Made by a program: the position numbers and the translations under genes. DNA of 64,000 nt, taken from NCBI GenBank assembly GCA_025594325.1, contig JANHCV010000003.1, forward strand, positions 1,612,001 through 1,676,000. The letters are read 5' to 3'. The DNA is from Blastocladiella emersonii ATCC 22665 (Eukaryota > Fungi > Blastocladiomycota). Positions 35,921 through 48,900 of the stretch are shown in pieces (position 1 is the stretch's first letter; every line of letters begins with the position of its first letter). Below the pieces are notes generated by a model. The model did no database searches, was not told the DNA's origin, and was given only the letters and a program-made list of their open reading frames with translations.

Positions 35921-36885
35921 TCAGACGAGGGCTTTGCTGATGAGGATCATCCAGGCCAGGGTGAAGTAGAAGATGTAGACCGGGTACACGGCGAGCAGGC
36001 GGCGGCCGGCCAGGTTGACGGCGTTGAGGAAGGCGAGCGAGGCTACATGAAGGGAAGTTAGCGGTGCGAGGCAGGTGTGAAGGGAAGAGAGTACCGTAGG
36101 TGGACCACAGGAAGGCACCGGCGACAATGGGCGCCCGGATGACGATCCAGCCGACGAACAGGGCGACGAGCGAGGCGAGGAAGAGCGGGAAGATGCAGTA
36201 GCCGAGGACGCAGACCGACTGGAAGAAGGACCTACACATCTCGGAGAATCAGCGCAGGACCAAGTGCCCCAAAAACCAAGCACACGAACAGGTTCCCGCC
36301 CAGCAGCTTGGTGTTGAGCGTGACGACCGCGGCGCCGGCCCACACGATGACAAAGATGCCCGTGAAGACAGCCGCCGTCTGCTCCTTGGGCGCGGAAATG
36401 GACATGGAAATGGACAGGGCGAGGCACAGCAGCAGCGGGCCCCACAGGTCCCAGTCGCGCAGCACGTCCGACTTCCCGCCGCGCGGGAAGCACACGCGGC
36501 GCAGCTTGACCCAGATGGCCGTCAGGTCGCGCAGGATCGTCACGCGCACGGGCTCGTCGAGCGTGTCGCCCGCGGCAAACGTCCGGATCTCGCCCTCGGC
36601 GGGGAGCAGCGAGCCCATGGCGCCGGAGACGAACGAGGCGGGTGCGGCTGCCGCCGCGGGGGCGGGCGACGGGGACGCGGCGGGCGGCATCTGGATCGCC
36701 GTGCTCGCGGGCGGCAGCGGGGCAGCGGCAACGGGTGGCCGCGCGGCACCGCCCGAGGGGGGCGCGAGGATGGCGAGCTCGTCCTGCGTCAGCGGCGTGA
36801 ACAGCTCCTGCTGCGGCGGCGGGGCCGGGCTGCCGGTGTCGTCGTGCGTCGCGACGGGCATGAAGCCGGATGCATGGGTTGACAT
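35921..36885 (-). CDS. YIP1-family Golgi membrane protein (YIPF6/Yip4-like), 3 exons
   Basis: DTLDEPVRVTILRDL, LRDWDLWGPLLLCL, TLNTKLLGG, SFFQSVCVLGYCIFPL and LAVYPVYIFY. Confidence 0.9.
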
Positions 36886-37235
36886 GGCGGTGCGGTTGCA
36901 GCGAGTCGGATCGGCGTTTCGGGGGGAAGAGGGCGGCAGGAGGGGAGAAGGGGGCGGCGCACACGGGCCGGCGCGCAGCTCACGGGCGTGTGGCGGTCAC
37001 GCGATGCAGGAAGGTGCGCGTGAGCGACGCGTCGAGGAAGCGGGCAAGCCACCTTCTTCTCGCGAGGGAGATGGAGAGAAGAGTGGAGTCAGCGGAGCGC
37101 GGACAGCGCGCTCTCTCTCTCTCCGCGAAGGTCGCTGCCGCTAAGCACCAAATCTGCCCCCAACTGCTACGCATCAACACCACGCACCGCCCGCTCCACT
37201 GATCGGCCGATCCAGCGCGCGCCCTCTGCACCACC

Positions 37236-40200
37236 ATGCACCTGCTCGCCGCCAGCGCTGCCCCGCCGACGGACCCATCGGGCGCATCGTCGCCGTGGGC
37301 CTACACGGCGCGGCTGTCGCCCGTCGCCAACGCCGTGCTGTGCACCGCGCCGCTCGTCGTCTACGCGTCCTACTACGGGTCGCGCGAGGTCTGGCGCACC
37401 CTGAACGCCCTCGCCCGCCGCCGCCGTGCCGCCGCACGCTCGCCCCGCACACCCGGCACCGCCAGCGGCCGCGCCGCGTCGGGCAGCAACGGGTCGTCGA
37501 CCTCGTACGACGACGCCGACTACTACGACGACGACGCCGACGCCCTCAGTGATCCTGACAGTGATGTCGGCGGCATCACCCCCACCGGCGACCGCCGCCC
37601 GCTGCTCGGGAGCTACCGTGCGTGTTGCCTCTGGACTCAAGGCCGCAATCAGAAGACTGACTCTGATACCCGTTCGTAGCCCGCCGGTCCGCGCGCTTCC
37701 CGAACGGCACCGGCCGCCTCTCCAGCACCGACTGGCGCGCCCGCTTCGCCCCAAATTCCTTCTCGACCGCCGCGCCCTCGTCCGACCCCGACACCGAGGA
37801 CGAGCGCGACATGTTCTCCGAGGTCGCGAGCCGCGCCGCGTCGGGCTCCGGCTCGGACGTCGACGACGACGAGGCGGGCTGGAGCGACGACGAGGAGGAC
37901 GACGCCCCGCTCGTCCCGCCGACCCCGCCGCCAGTGTGGGCGACGCGCGCCGCGCTCGCCGCTACGGGCGCCATGGTCGTCCTGCACCTCGCCACGCTGC
38001 TCGCCGTGACGCTGATCGCGAGCCCCGCGACCGGCCAGCCCGCGCGCGCCGAGTTCCCGTGGCTCGTCGCCGCGCACGCGCTCGTCGCCACCAGCTGGCT
38101 GCTCGCCCTCGGCCTGCTGTACGTGCGCCGCCTGCGGTGGGACTGCACCTGGGTCGTCGCCGCATTCTGGGCGCTCGCCCTCGCCCTCGCCCTCGCCAAC
38201 CTGTACGACCACGTCATGTACTGGGCCAACCCGGTCCCCGACCTCGACGCCCACTACGCCGCCCTCACCCTGACCCCGTGGCTCCTCCCCGCCACCGTCC
38301 TCGACGTGCTCGTCCCGCTCGCGCTCTCGGCCCTCGCCTTCGCCCGGTTCCACCACCGCTCGCTCATCGACATTGCCGCCGCCGCGCTCGCCGACGGCAC
38401 GGGCGAGGCCGGCGAGGAGGAGAGCGCCGTGCGCGCGGCCGCCCTGCGCCGCCAGAACGTGCGCAACCACGGCACCGCACCACCGCGCCGTAGCCGGTCG
38501 GGGCGCCACCGCCGTCTCACGCGGTCGGGCGGGGGCCGCGGGGACCAGAACGCGGCGGCGACTGCCGCTGCCGTTGCGGCGTCGCTCGGCGGCGCGTCCA
38601 CCGGCCGCCCGTCCGAGGCCGAGATCAAGTTCAAGCCGCCCAAGACGTTTGCCGACTACGCGGCCAAGTTCCGCAAGCTCGCGCCGTTCGTGTGGCCGCA
38701 GGCCGACCGGTACCTGCAGTTCCTGGTCGTCATCTGCGGGTTCCTCCTGCTCGTCGGCCGCATCGTCAACGTGCTGCTCCCGCTGCAGTCCAAGGCGCTC
38801 ATCGACCTGCTCACGGCGACCGAGACCGAGGGCAGCGACCCGTCGCCGCAGCCGCTGCGCCGCCTCCCGTGGGAGCCCATCGCGCTGTTCGTGTTCCTGC
38901 GGTTCCTCCAGGGCAACGTCGGGCTCGTCAGCACCACGCAGGACATTCTCTGGATCCCCGTCGGCCAGTACACGACGCGCGCCATATCGCTGAAAATGTT
39001 CCAGCACCTGCACATGCTCAGCCACCGGTTCCACCTCACGCGCAAGACGGGCGAGATCCTGCGGGTGCAGGACCGCGGCGTCAGCAGCATCGTGTCGCTA
39101 CTGTCGACGGTGCTCTTCAACATTGTGCCGACGCTCGTCGACATTTTCATCGCCGTGATCTTCTTCGCCACGCAGTTCGATTTCTGGTTCGGGCTCATCG
39201 TTTTCGTCACCATGTTCCTCTACATTTTCGCGACCGTCGCCATCACCGAGGTGCGCACCAAGCACCGCCGCCGCAGCAACGCGCTCGAGAACGCCATGCA
39301 GGCCAAGGCCGTCGACTCGCTGCTCAACTTCGAGACGGTCAAGTTCTACAACGCCGAGGCGTTCGAGGGCTCGCAGTACGCGAAAGCCATGGCCGAGTAC
39401 CAGGCCGCCGACTGGCTCTCGTCGCTCACCACGTCGTGGCTCAACATGACCCAGAACGTGATCATCCAGCTCGGTCTCATGGCCGGCGCCCTCCTTTGCG
39501 CGCACCGCGTCGCCGTCGAGCGCGCCATGTCCGTCGGCGACTTCGTCATGTACCTCAGTTACATTACGCAGCTCTACGGCCCGCTCAACCAGTTCGGGTC
39601 CTACTACCGCCAGCTCCAGAAGAACTTTGTCGACATGGAGAAGATGCTCGACCTCCTCGCCCAGGTCCCCGAGGTCCGCGACCCGCCCCGGCCCGTCGCC
39701 ATCGACCCCGACCGCATGCACGGGCTCGTCAAGTTCGAGGGCGTCAGCTTCGCCTACGACGCGCGGCTGCCCACGCTCAAGAATATCTCGTTCGAGGTGC
39801 CCGCCGGCAAGACGGTCGCCCTGGTACGCTTGCTTTTGGGGGTGTGGGTCGCGCTCTCGCTCACCCTCGTCCCGCATCTCTCTAGGTCGGCAGCTCGGGT
39901 TCGGGCAAGTCGTACGCGTCTCCGCCGGTTCGTGTCCCAGGTCCAGTCACTCACATCCGCCTCGCCCACCGCGTGTAGCACCATGCTCCGCCTGCTGTTC
40001 CGCTTCTACGACGTGCAGGGCGGGCGCATCACCATCGACGGGATCGACATCCGGTCCATGGCGCAGCGCGACCTGCGCTCGCTCGTCTCGGTCGTCCCGC
40101 AGGACACGGTCCTGTTCAACGACACGATCCGGTACAACATCCGGTACGGCCGCGTCAGCGCGACCGACGCCGAGGTCGAGGCCGCCGCCCGCGCCGCCCA

Positions 40201-40910
40201 GATCCACGACCGGATCCTCAGCTTCCCCGACGGGTACGACACGCGCGTCGGCGAGCGCGGGATGCGGCTCTCGGGCGGGTACGTTTTTCGAGTGACTCCG
40301 AGGGGTGGGGTGACTTGAAGGTCGCGGTCCACCATGACCGCTCACCTCAACTCACCCCACCTACCTCAACTCACCTTACCCTCAATTACTAACAATGATT
40401 GTGCGTGTTTCTAGTGAGCGGCAACGCGTCGCGATCGCTCGGTTGCTGATCCGGTCCAAGGTACGTCGCTGACTGGTGACTTGGTCGCTCCCGACCGCCG
40501 CTGACCTCCCCTGACCCTCCCGTGACCCACCACTATAGTATTCGCGTGTATTAATCTTAGACGAAGCGAGTAGCGCACTCGATTCGTCTACAGAAACGGC
40601 AATGCTCGCCGCCATCGATACGTGCCTCAAGCGGTCCGCGGGTGACGCCCAGCAGCCGCCCCTGACCGCGATCTTCATTGCCCATCGTCTCGCGAGCATT
40701 TCCGGCTGCGACTATGTGGTCTGCATCGAGCAGGGCCGCATCGTCGAGCAGGGCACGCACGCGGACCTCATGGCGATCCCGAACGGCGTGTTTCGCGGAA
40801 TGGTCAACAGGCAGCAGCTCGCGGCCGAGGAGGAGCTCACGAAGGTCGGCCTCGCACTCGCGAACGGGGCTGAAGAGACGGCCGTGGATGGTGTCGAGAA
40901 AAAGGAGTAG
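37236..40910 (+). CDS. HMT1: HMT1/ABCB6-like half ABC transporter with an N-terminal TMD0 extension, multi-exon
   Basis: KFRKLAPFVWP, LRFLQG..GLV, WIPVGQYTTR, HFHLTRKTGEILRVQDRG-type motif, VDSLLNFETVKFYNAE, spliced [30 protein letters not shown] and ILDEASSALD. Stop at 40910. Confidence 0.88.
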
Positions 40911-41165
40911 CAGAGGTGGTGGTGAGGTTGTTGCGGGCGAGGAGTTGCGCCCGAGTGTGTAAATATCGAATTGTTCTCCCCTCCGCGCTCGCCTCGTGTG
41001 TTCAATCGACGCCCTCGGCGGCGGCGACCCTCGAAACTAACCTTTCCTTTCTGTGAGCTTGTTGACGGGAGTTGGCGTCACAAAAGTAGTCAAGTTTGTC
41101 GCGGTTCGCTCGGGCGCCACACGAGTTACGCGACGCGCCACCTCCGCGAACTGAGCCACAAACGC

Positions 41166-41370
41166 GCACCACCACCTTCTGCTACACCTCGTTGACCACT
41201 TACGCGGCCGCAGCCGCGGCCGTCTCGTCGGTCCCGTTCGCGAGCACGAGCCCAACTTTTGAGAGCTCCTCCTCGGCCGCAAGCTGCTGCCCTGTTGACC
41301 ATTTCGCGGAACACGCCGTTCGGAATGGCCATGAGGTCCGCGTGCGTGCCCTGCTAGACGATACGGCCCT
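41166..41370 (-). pseudogene. Diverged inverted copy of the terminal part of the HMT1-like last exon (partner ~40732-40924)
   Basis: The minus strand reads agggccgtatcgtcTAGcagggcacgcacgcggacctcatggccattccgaacggcgtgttccgcgaaatggtcaacagGgcag..., with a GAG>TAG stop, a 1-bp insertion and many substitutions relative to the gene. Confidence 0.9.
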
Positions 41371-41866
41371 CGGCACCCCTGCCCTTGAATGTCCCTAGGA
41401 CATTATTACCGCATGATTTGATCGAAGTCGCGTCTTCGAGTTCCTTCCGCGGAACTTCGACGTCGAGTCGAACATTCTGTGAAACTTGAACGTTGAGTCG
41501 GACGCTTCCTCCCCGCTCTGTCCTGTCCCTTGCGAAGCTTCGCCGCGAGGCTGACTCTCGCCGAACCTGCAGTGGCTTCCGCGCGGAAGCGACCGTGGAA
41601 GGCAGCTGTTACTTTCGACGGAAAGCGAGGTTTGGCGTGTGCGGTACCCCACACTTCACCTTCCAACGACACACAGGTGTTGCCTCGCTGCGCAGTCACG
41701 GGCTGCGGCACAGCGCAGTCGACCGCTAGGCATAGTGTATCACGCACAACGCACGGCCTGAGAGCCTACAAAAGCGGCGCCGGCGCCCCGCTTCCTCAGA
41801 CTGAGCAGAGCACACTCTTCTACACCGCCGACACTCTGACAAGTCCTCGATCAACACCACACCAAG

Positions 41867-42256
41867 ATGTCCTGCACCTCGACCTCCGCGCAGTCGCAGT
41901 GGCAGTGGCAGTGGCAGGTCCACGCCGACAACACCGGCTTCCAGCAGCAGTTCCAGGCGCAGGGTCAGTGGCAGCAGCAGGTGACGCAGGGCGACTGTGG
42001 GTGCCACAGCTCGGTCGACTCGGTGCAGCCGCAGGAGCAGCTCCACGGCGGCGACATCTTCCAGGCCCAGAACCAGTGGCAGCAGCAGGACTCGTGGGGC
42101 ACCGCTCACCACAACTCGATCGACGGCGGGGTTGTCGGCGGCGGCGACGACCCGGCTACCTCGGGCATCTCGCCGGCGGACGGCGGCGGCGACGCCCAGA
42201 GCATCCTGCCCGCCACGTACCACCACGAGTACGTCCCGGTCGGGCCCCTCTGCTGA
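41867..42256 (+). CDS. Small intronless Gln/Trp/Gly/His-rich protein (129 aa), unknown function
   Basis: caagATG start, high GC3 in this frame, QWQWQWQ and QWQQQ repeats, and an AT-richer 3' flank. Confidence 0.65.
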   Translation: MSCTSTSAQSQWQWQWQVHADNTGFQQQFQAQGQWQQQVTQGDCGCHSSVDSVQPQEQLHGGDIFQAQNQWQQQDSWGTAHHNSIDGGVVGGGDDPATSGISPADGGGDAQSILPATYHHEYVPVGPLC

Positions 42257-42962
42257 GTTTGGCGCTCGAGTTCCTGTGAGAGCGAGCTCACTTGTACATG
42301 TCTTGTTACCCATGAACCAAATCAATCAGTTTCTTTGTGTGCACGGCAATCTTTGACGAGATGAAAGCAGCGAGCCGAAGCTGGCGCCCGATGCATCCCT
42401 CGCGGCGGACGAGGGATGCCGCAAGGTTTGGTTCGCTAAATTGCGACTCATGCGCTTGAGCTAGAAGCAGCACTAAACGCCCGGTGCGACGAACCTGCGC
42501 TCGTCTCGCACCTGGCGCGAAGTGCTTGACGTGCGGTTCATGCGTCAGGTGACCACGCGTTGCGCCACAACGCGCTCCCGCCGCGCGCTTTCGCCCCTCC
42601 TTTCTTCTCCTCACGTCGTGCTCCAGCACGCAAACCACGAAAACTATCTCCCTGAAACGTATTCACGAGCGCGCCGCAGTTCGCTGTTTGAGCTGTGCGC
42701 CCGTGGAAGACGCGCTCTGAATGCAACGCCACATGTTCGGCTGCTCTTGACCCGACCCCTCGAGTCCGTCCTTCTCGGAGATTGAGAAGATGAGAGATGA
42801 TGTTTAATTCTGACCTTGAGCGGATCCGTAGATTGCTCCTCGGCAACTCAAGCGTATCCGCCAACGACACCTACTCTTGCCTTCATCTCCCCGCTCTCCC
42901 GTACAGCATTCTCGTGCCTCTCCCTCAATAGATCCCACTCACCACAACGAACTGTGTAGGCC

Positions 42963-45900
42963 ATGCAGGCATCCTCCGAGGAAAGCCTCGACTCGGGCCC
43001 GTCCGTGTCGCAGGCCGGGTGGGTCCCGACGCTCACGGGCTCGTACGGCATCGCCGTCGGCCAGTTCGTCGTTCCGGCGGTCCCGCCACTGCCACCTCGT
43101 GTGCCCGATGAGGGAACCGCGGCGGCAGCAGCGCCAGTAGACGACGCAGCGGAGCCCGTGCCGGACACGGTCTCCGAGGCGGTCGCGGAGCACGCGCGCG
43201 TCGCCAACATCATCTCGCACATGCTGCCGCTCAACATCGGCGACCTCGTCCAGCTGCTCGAGTACTCGCCGTCGGGCTGGTACCGCGGCTACGTGTTCGC
43301 CGCGGGCGTCGTCACCGAGTCGCCGCCCCTCGGCATCTTCCCCGCGGCGTGCCTCCACGTCAAGTACGCGCGGTCCAACGCGGGCCCGCACATGGGCGGC
43401 AGCGCGAGCGGCATGGCCTCGGCGCCGCGGTCGCCCGTTCTTCCGCCGAGCGACCCGCTCGGTCTCGACGACAGCGGGCCAGGGCATAGCGGGCCGGGCG
43501 TCGGGTTCCTCCAGCCGCTGTCCGCGTTCGGCAACGGCGACCGCGGAATGATGCGCCGGTCCGGGTCGTCGCTCATGCCCGGCGGCACGTCGAGCGGCAA
43601 CAACAACATGTTTCTGTCGCGGTTCCGCCCGCTCAAGGATCGGATCCGCGTCAACGACAAGTCGATTGACTTTGAGGCGACCGAGTCGCCCAACGAGTCG
43701 CTCGAGGACATCTCGTCGCCATCGACGCGCGTCTTCAACGACCCGACGTACCTGTCGCCGAGCGACCAGTGGCTCAGCGCGCTGCGCGACGGCATGACGC
43801 CCGTCGACCAGGTCTCGCTGCTGCCCGTCCCCGAGTACCCGGCGCTCGACTCGGACATGGGCGTGCACGACGCGCTCATCGACGAGGTGTCGCACGCGCT
43901 GCGCGACCTGTGCGCGAGCATGCGCCACAGTCTGCAGACCCAAAACTACATCAAGTACGCGCACGTCAAGCGCAGCGTCGTCGGCCTGTTCCGCGGGCGG
44001 AACAAGCTGCTTGTGTCGGGCCGCGGCACGGGCAGCACGCCCGAGTCCGAGGCGCGCCTGCGCAAGGAGCTCGTCAAGCTCATGGGCCTCGGCAACGCGC
44101 TGCTCCACGGCAACCGCATCGTGCGCAACGAGGCCACGGGCGCCGTCGTCACCGACGACATGGCCACCATCATGCAGATCAAGGACCTGCACGTCCAGCT
44201 CGAGTCGACGATCCAGGCCGAGGAGTCGCGCCGGTCGTCCAACAACGTGCGCACGGGCCCGAAAATGTCCGAGGCCGACATCACGTCGCACCTCATCTTC
44301 CTCGAGATCAAGGGCCAGCTGCCCGACGTGCCGGGCGTCCGCGACCTGCTCGAGTTCCGCTTCTCCATCTACTCGCGCTCGGACATGCGGTACATGACCG
44401 ATGAGTTTGTGATCCTGCACGAGCCGGGGACCAACGGCGCGCCAGGCACCGACAAGCCCGGGCTCAAAACGCTCTTCACTGACTTTTCGACCATGGACAC
44501 GACCAAGGACAGCGTGCTCGTGTGCCGCGTCGTGCGCGTCGGGCGGCTCAAGGAGGCCGACGCGACCACGTACCGGTGCCCGCTCGCGGCGGGGACCCTC
44601 GACATCCAAAACATCCTCGCCGGTCGCGAGACCCAGCCGACGAGCGGGTACCTCCTCAAGCTGTACGCGCCCATCAACGACTCGGCGTTCCCAAACCTGC
44701 CGACCGAGCTCATGGGCCGCACCGGCGCCTACGAGCCGCTCAAGAGCGACTGCATCTTCGTCAACCTGCGCCTGCACACCAACGAGAGCGCCGCCATGCT
44801 CCCCGGCACGATCGCGCGGTCGAGCCGCATGGGGTTCGGCGACCCCATCGACCCGGCGATCCAGCGCAACACGCTGTACATGACGCTCGAGGGCGCCGAG
44901 CTCCAGAAGCAGCTCGGCAAGACGTTCGAGGTCGCGCTGCAGATCCGCAACGACGCCGGCGAGGTGCTGCCCGCGACCATCCACTGCGGCGCCGGGCTCG
45001 CCGCCGCCAACACGTACGAGTCGCTCGTGTACCGGCACGTCATCAACCCGCGGCTCAACGAAATTGTCCGGGTCGACGTGCCCGACTCGCTCATGGACCG
45101 CGCGCACCTCTTCTTCGCGGTCCGCCCGTGCAGCTCGTCGGGCAGCGCCGACAAGGCCGACCGCACCGTCGCGTTCGGGTTCAAGCCGCTGCTGCGCGCC
45201 AACGGGTCCGTGGTCCCCGACGGGCCGCACGAGATTGCGCTGTTCAAGTACGAGAAGCGGGCGACGGACGGCGCGGCGTACCTCGCCGAGGCCGAGCAGG
45301 CCAAGCTGGCGCCGCTCAAGGAGGTAGTGCGCGCGTCCACGTTCCTCGTGTCGACGCGGTACACGCAGAACATGAGCCTCGTCAAGCTGCTCAACTGGCG
45401 CAAGTCGCTCGCGTCGGCGTACAACGACATGCCCAGCGTGCTCAAGGACATCAAGCTCGTGGCCGAGATGGAGCTGATCAAGTTCGCGGTGCCCGTCGTC
45501 GACTCGCTGTTCGGCGTGCTGTGCAGCCCCAAGAACGACAAGCGCGAGCTGAGCCGCATGGTCCTCGACAACCTCCTGCACCTGTTCAGCAAGGTGTACC
45601 ACGAGCGCGACCGCCGCTACATCCACCTGCACCCGGTGCTCCAGGACTACCTCGAGAACAAGTTCGACAACGTGCGCGTCGCCGACTTCCTCATCCACGG
45701 CATCGTCCAGCTCATCGAGGACGTGCGCAAGAACCCCAAGAACACGGACGCGATGCGACACCTCAACATGACGTTCAAGGTGTTCGTGCACTTTTTCCGG
45801 TTCATCCTCCAGTGCGGCATCCTGATCCAGAAGCGCGAGGAGGTTGCGGCGGCCGGCGCGCCCGCCGCGGCCGCGGCCACGTCCCCGGCCCCGGCCCCGA

Positions 45901-48900
45901 TGGCCACGGCCACCGGCGATCCCGCGGCCCACATCGTGACCCGCGAGGCGCACCAGGCGTCGATCCTGTCCCTCATGTCGGCCATCAACGACCTCATGGG
46001 CGACGTGAGCGACCACCTGTCGCCGACGCAGCAACTCGCGTTCCAGAACTTTGCCCAGGTCATCCCGCTGCTGACCAAGTGCTACTCGAACCGCGTCATC
46101 GTCGACATCGTCATCACCTTCACCGACGCGCTGCTGTCCAAGAAGGGCTCGATCGTGCAGAAGAAGCTCGCGTTCATCCTGACGCTGATCCGCGGCCCGC
46201 TGTTCCACGCCGACTCGCCGTCGCGCCGCACGCTGACCGAGGCCATCGTGCGCTGGCTGCGGTCGCACATCGGGTGGTGGGAGCCCGGCGCGGGAGACCT
46301 CACGCTGCGCACCCAGATCTACAACGAGTGCGTCGACATCCTGGCCGAGCTGCTCGACAAGCTGCAGACGCTGTCCGACGAGGACGACGAGAACTCGCAG
46401 ACGGTCCTCAAGCTCGCCGACCTGCTGCCGAACCTGCTCGAGGCGTACCGCGACGCCATGACGGTCCCCGTTGACGGCGGCGCCGGCGGCCAAAAGTCGT
46501 CGACGGTCAGCTCGACGCAGATCGCGTCCACCGTCTCCTACACGGGCGCCAACCAGCACACCATGTCGGTGCTCCAGACGACGACGCAGACGGGCTCGAA
46601 CCCGGGTACCGCGTCGACCAACGGCGGCAGTAGTCCCGGTGGCGCGGGCGTCAGCTTCGCGGCGGGCCGCGAGAACCAGACCAGCGCCGACTCGGCCAAG
46701 ATCGCGTCGACGTTCCTGTCCGTGTTCAGCCTCATGTCCGAGACAAAGATCGCCGAGTACTTTGTCAACGTGTACGAGGCGCGCGGGCACAACGGGACCA
46801 CCAAATTTGTCCACCAGGTGTGCAACATGATCGAGTCGATCCTGCGCGGCGAGGCGTACCCGTCGTCGTGGGTCAACCTCAACCTGATCGCGCACCGGAC
46901 CGCGCTCAAGATCTTCCGCTCGGTCGCGCTCATCATGCAGCACCACTTCATGCCGCCGTCGGCGCCCAAGTTCGACCACGACCTGTGGCGGCGATACTTC
47001 TCGAACGTGTTCACGCTGCTTAACTCGCCGTACCTGCAGAAGGAGACGTGGTCGGCGCAGCAGTGGCGCACCGCGTACAAGCTGCAGATCCCGATGCTCA
47101 TCTCGCAGGGCGCGCAGCTGCTCAAGGCGCTGTGGAAGGCACTCGGCACGCTGTCGACCAAGGAGCGGCTCGTCGAGTACCAGCTGCTCATGATCCCGAC
47201 GCTGCTCCCGCTCGTCACCGAGCTGACCATGTCGCGCCACGAGTCGCTGTGCCAGGCCGCGTCGTATGTGCTGTTCAGCATGATCAAGCGCGAGTACCAG
47301 TTCTGCCGGTCCATCAAGCGGCTCGAGTCGTTCAGCGTCGACCACCTCGACACGCTGATCCTCGCGCGCCGCAAGGGCGACGACATGTACCGGCGCACGC
47401 TCATGTTCACCATGTGCCGGCTGCTCGTCAAGCGCAAGGTGTGCGCCGACCTGCGCCGGCTGACCACCGAGTTCCTGCTCAACGTCGACCGGTTCCTGAT
47501 CCTGCTGCTCGCGCTGCGGTCGCTGCCGCCCGGCACCGAGTACGAGGACGAGCAGTGGAGCGGCATCTACAAGCTGGCCAAGTTCATGCGGGCCATCGGC
47601 CGCAACGACATCTACCTCAAGTACGTGCACCACCTCGCCATCAAGCAGCTCAACTCCAACAACTTTGTCGAGGCCGGCTGGACGCTCAAGCTGCACTCGG
47701 ACATGCTGACGTGGTCGGACCGGGTCCTCGACGCGGCGCCCGACCTCGGGTTCGACGCGCCGCAGAAGGAGTACGAGCGCAAGGAGGAGCTCCTGCAGCA
47801 GATCCTGCTCTTCTTCGAGGAGGGCAAGGCGTGGGAGAGCGCCATCGCCGTGTGCAAGGAGCTGCTCGAGTACTACGACGTGGTCGTCTACAACTACGAG
47901 AAGCAGGCCGAGACGCTGCAGAAGCTGGCCAACCTGTACCAGTCGATCATCAAGCAGCAGCGCTTCTACTCCGAGTACTTCCGCGTCGGGTTCTACGGCA
48001 TGGGGTTCCCGGCCACGCTGCGCAACAAGCAGTTTGTGTACCGCGGCATCGAGTGGGAGAAGCTCGGCACCTTCTGCGAGCGCATCCAGAACAAGCACCC
48101 GGACTCGGCCCTGCTCAAGAACAACTCGGTCCCGGGCCCCGAGACGCTGACGGCCGATGGCCGCTTCCTCCAGATCACGGCCGTCGTCCCCGAGCCCGAC
48201 CTGTCGCAGCCCGTGTTCCAGAAGGGCGACCTCGTGCCCGAGGCCATCCGCAGCTACTACCAGTCCAACAACGTGAACCGGTTCTCCGTGTCGCGGCCGT
48301 TCCGCAAGGGCGCCAAGACGGGCAACGAGTTCCTCGACCTGTGGACCGAGAAGACGACGTACACGACCGAGGACGTGTTCCCGCACCTGCTGCGGCGCAG
48401 CGAGGTGATTGAGTCGACTACCACCGAGTACTCGCCCATCGAGAACGCGGTGCAGGCCATGGTCGCCAAGAACCGCGACCTGATCGCGCTCGAGAAAAAG
48501 TACGAGAAGCTCACGGAGCCGCAGGTCAACTGCAGCCCGCTCAGCATGGCCGTCAATGGCAGCGTCGACGCGCCCGTCAACGGCGGCGTCTTCATGTACA
48601 AGAAGGCCTTCATCAAGTCCAACTACCGCAACGAGTACCCGGACAAGGCCGTGTTCGTCCAGCGGCTCGAGGAGGCCATCGACGAGCAGGTCATCATCCT
48701 CGACCGCTGCATCGCCATCCACAACCGCGTCGCGCCCGCACCGATGCGCCCGCTGCACGACACGATCGTCGCCTGTACGTGACCCACCACCTCTGAATTT
48801 ATTGACGCGACGCTGACACTACGTCCACTCGCGTAGTCTTCCAGAAGAACTTTGCCGAGGAGATCGAGCGGCTCGGGATCACGGCGCAGTACGACCCGCC

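Noticed and set aside
42939-48758. 1939-aa antisense ORF opposite the DOCK gene
   Set aside because: Very high GC3 makes TTA, CTA and TCA rare on the sense strand, so the antisense frame stays open. The product has no recognisable motifs. The same applies to most other overlapping ORFs in the track.
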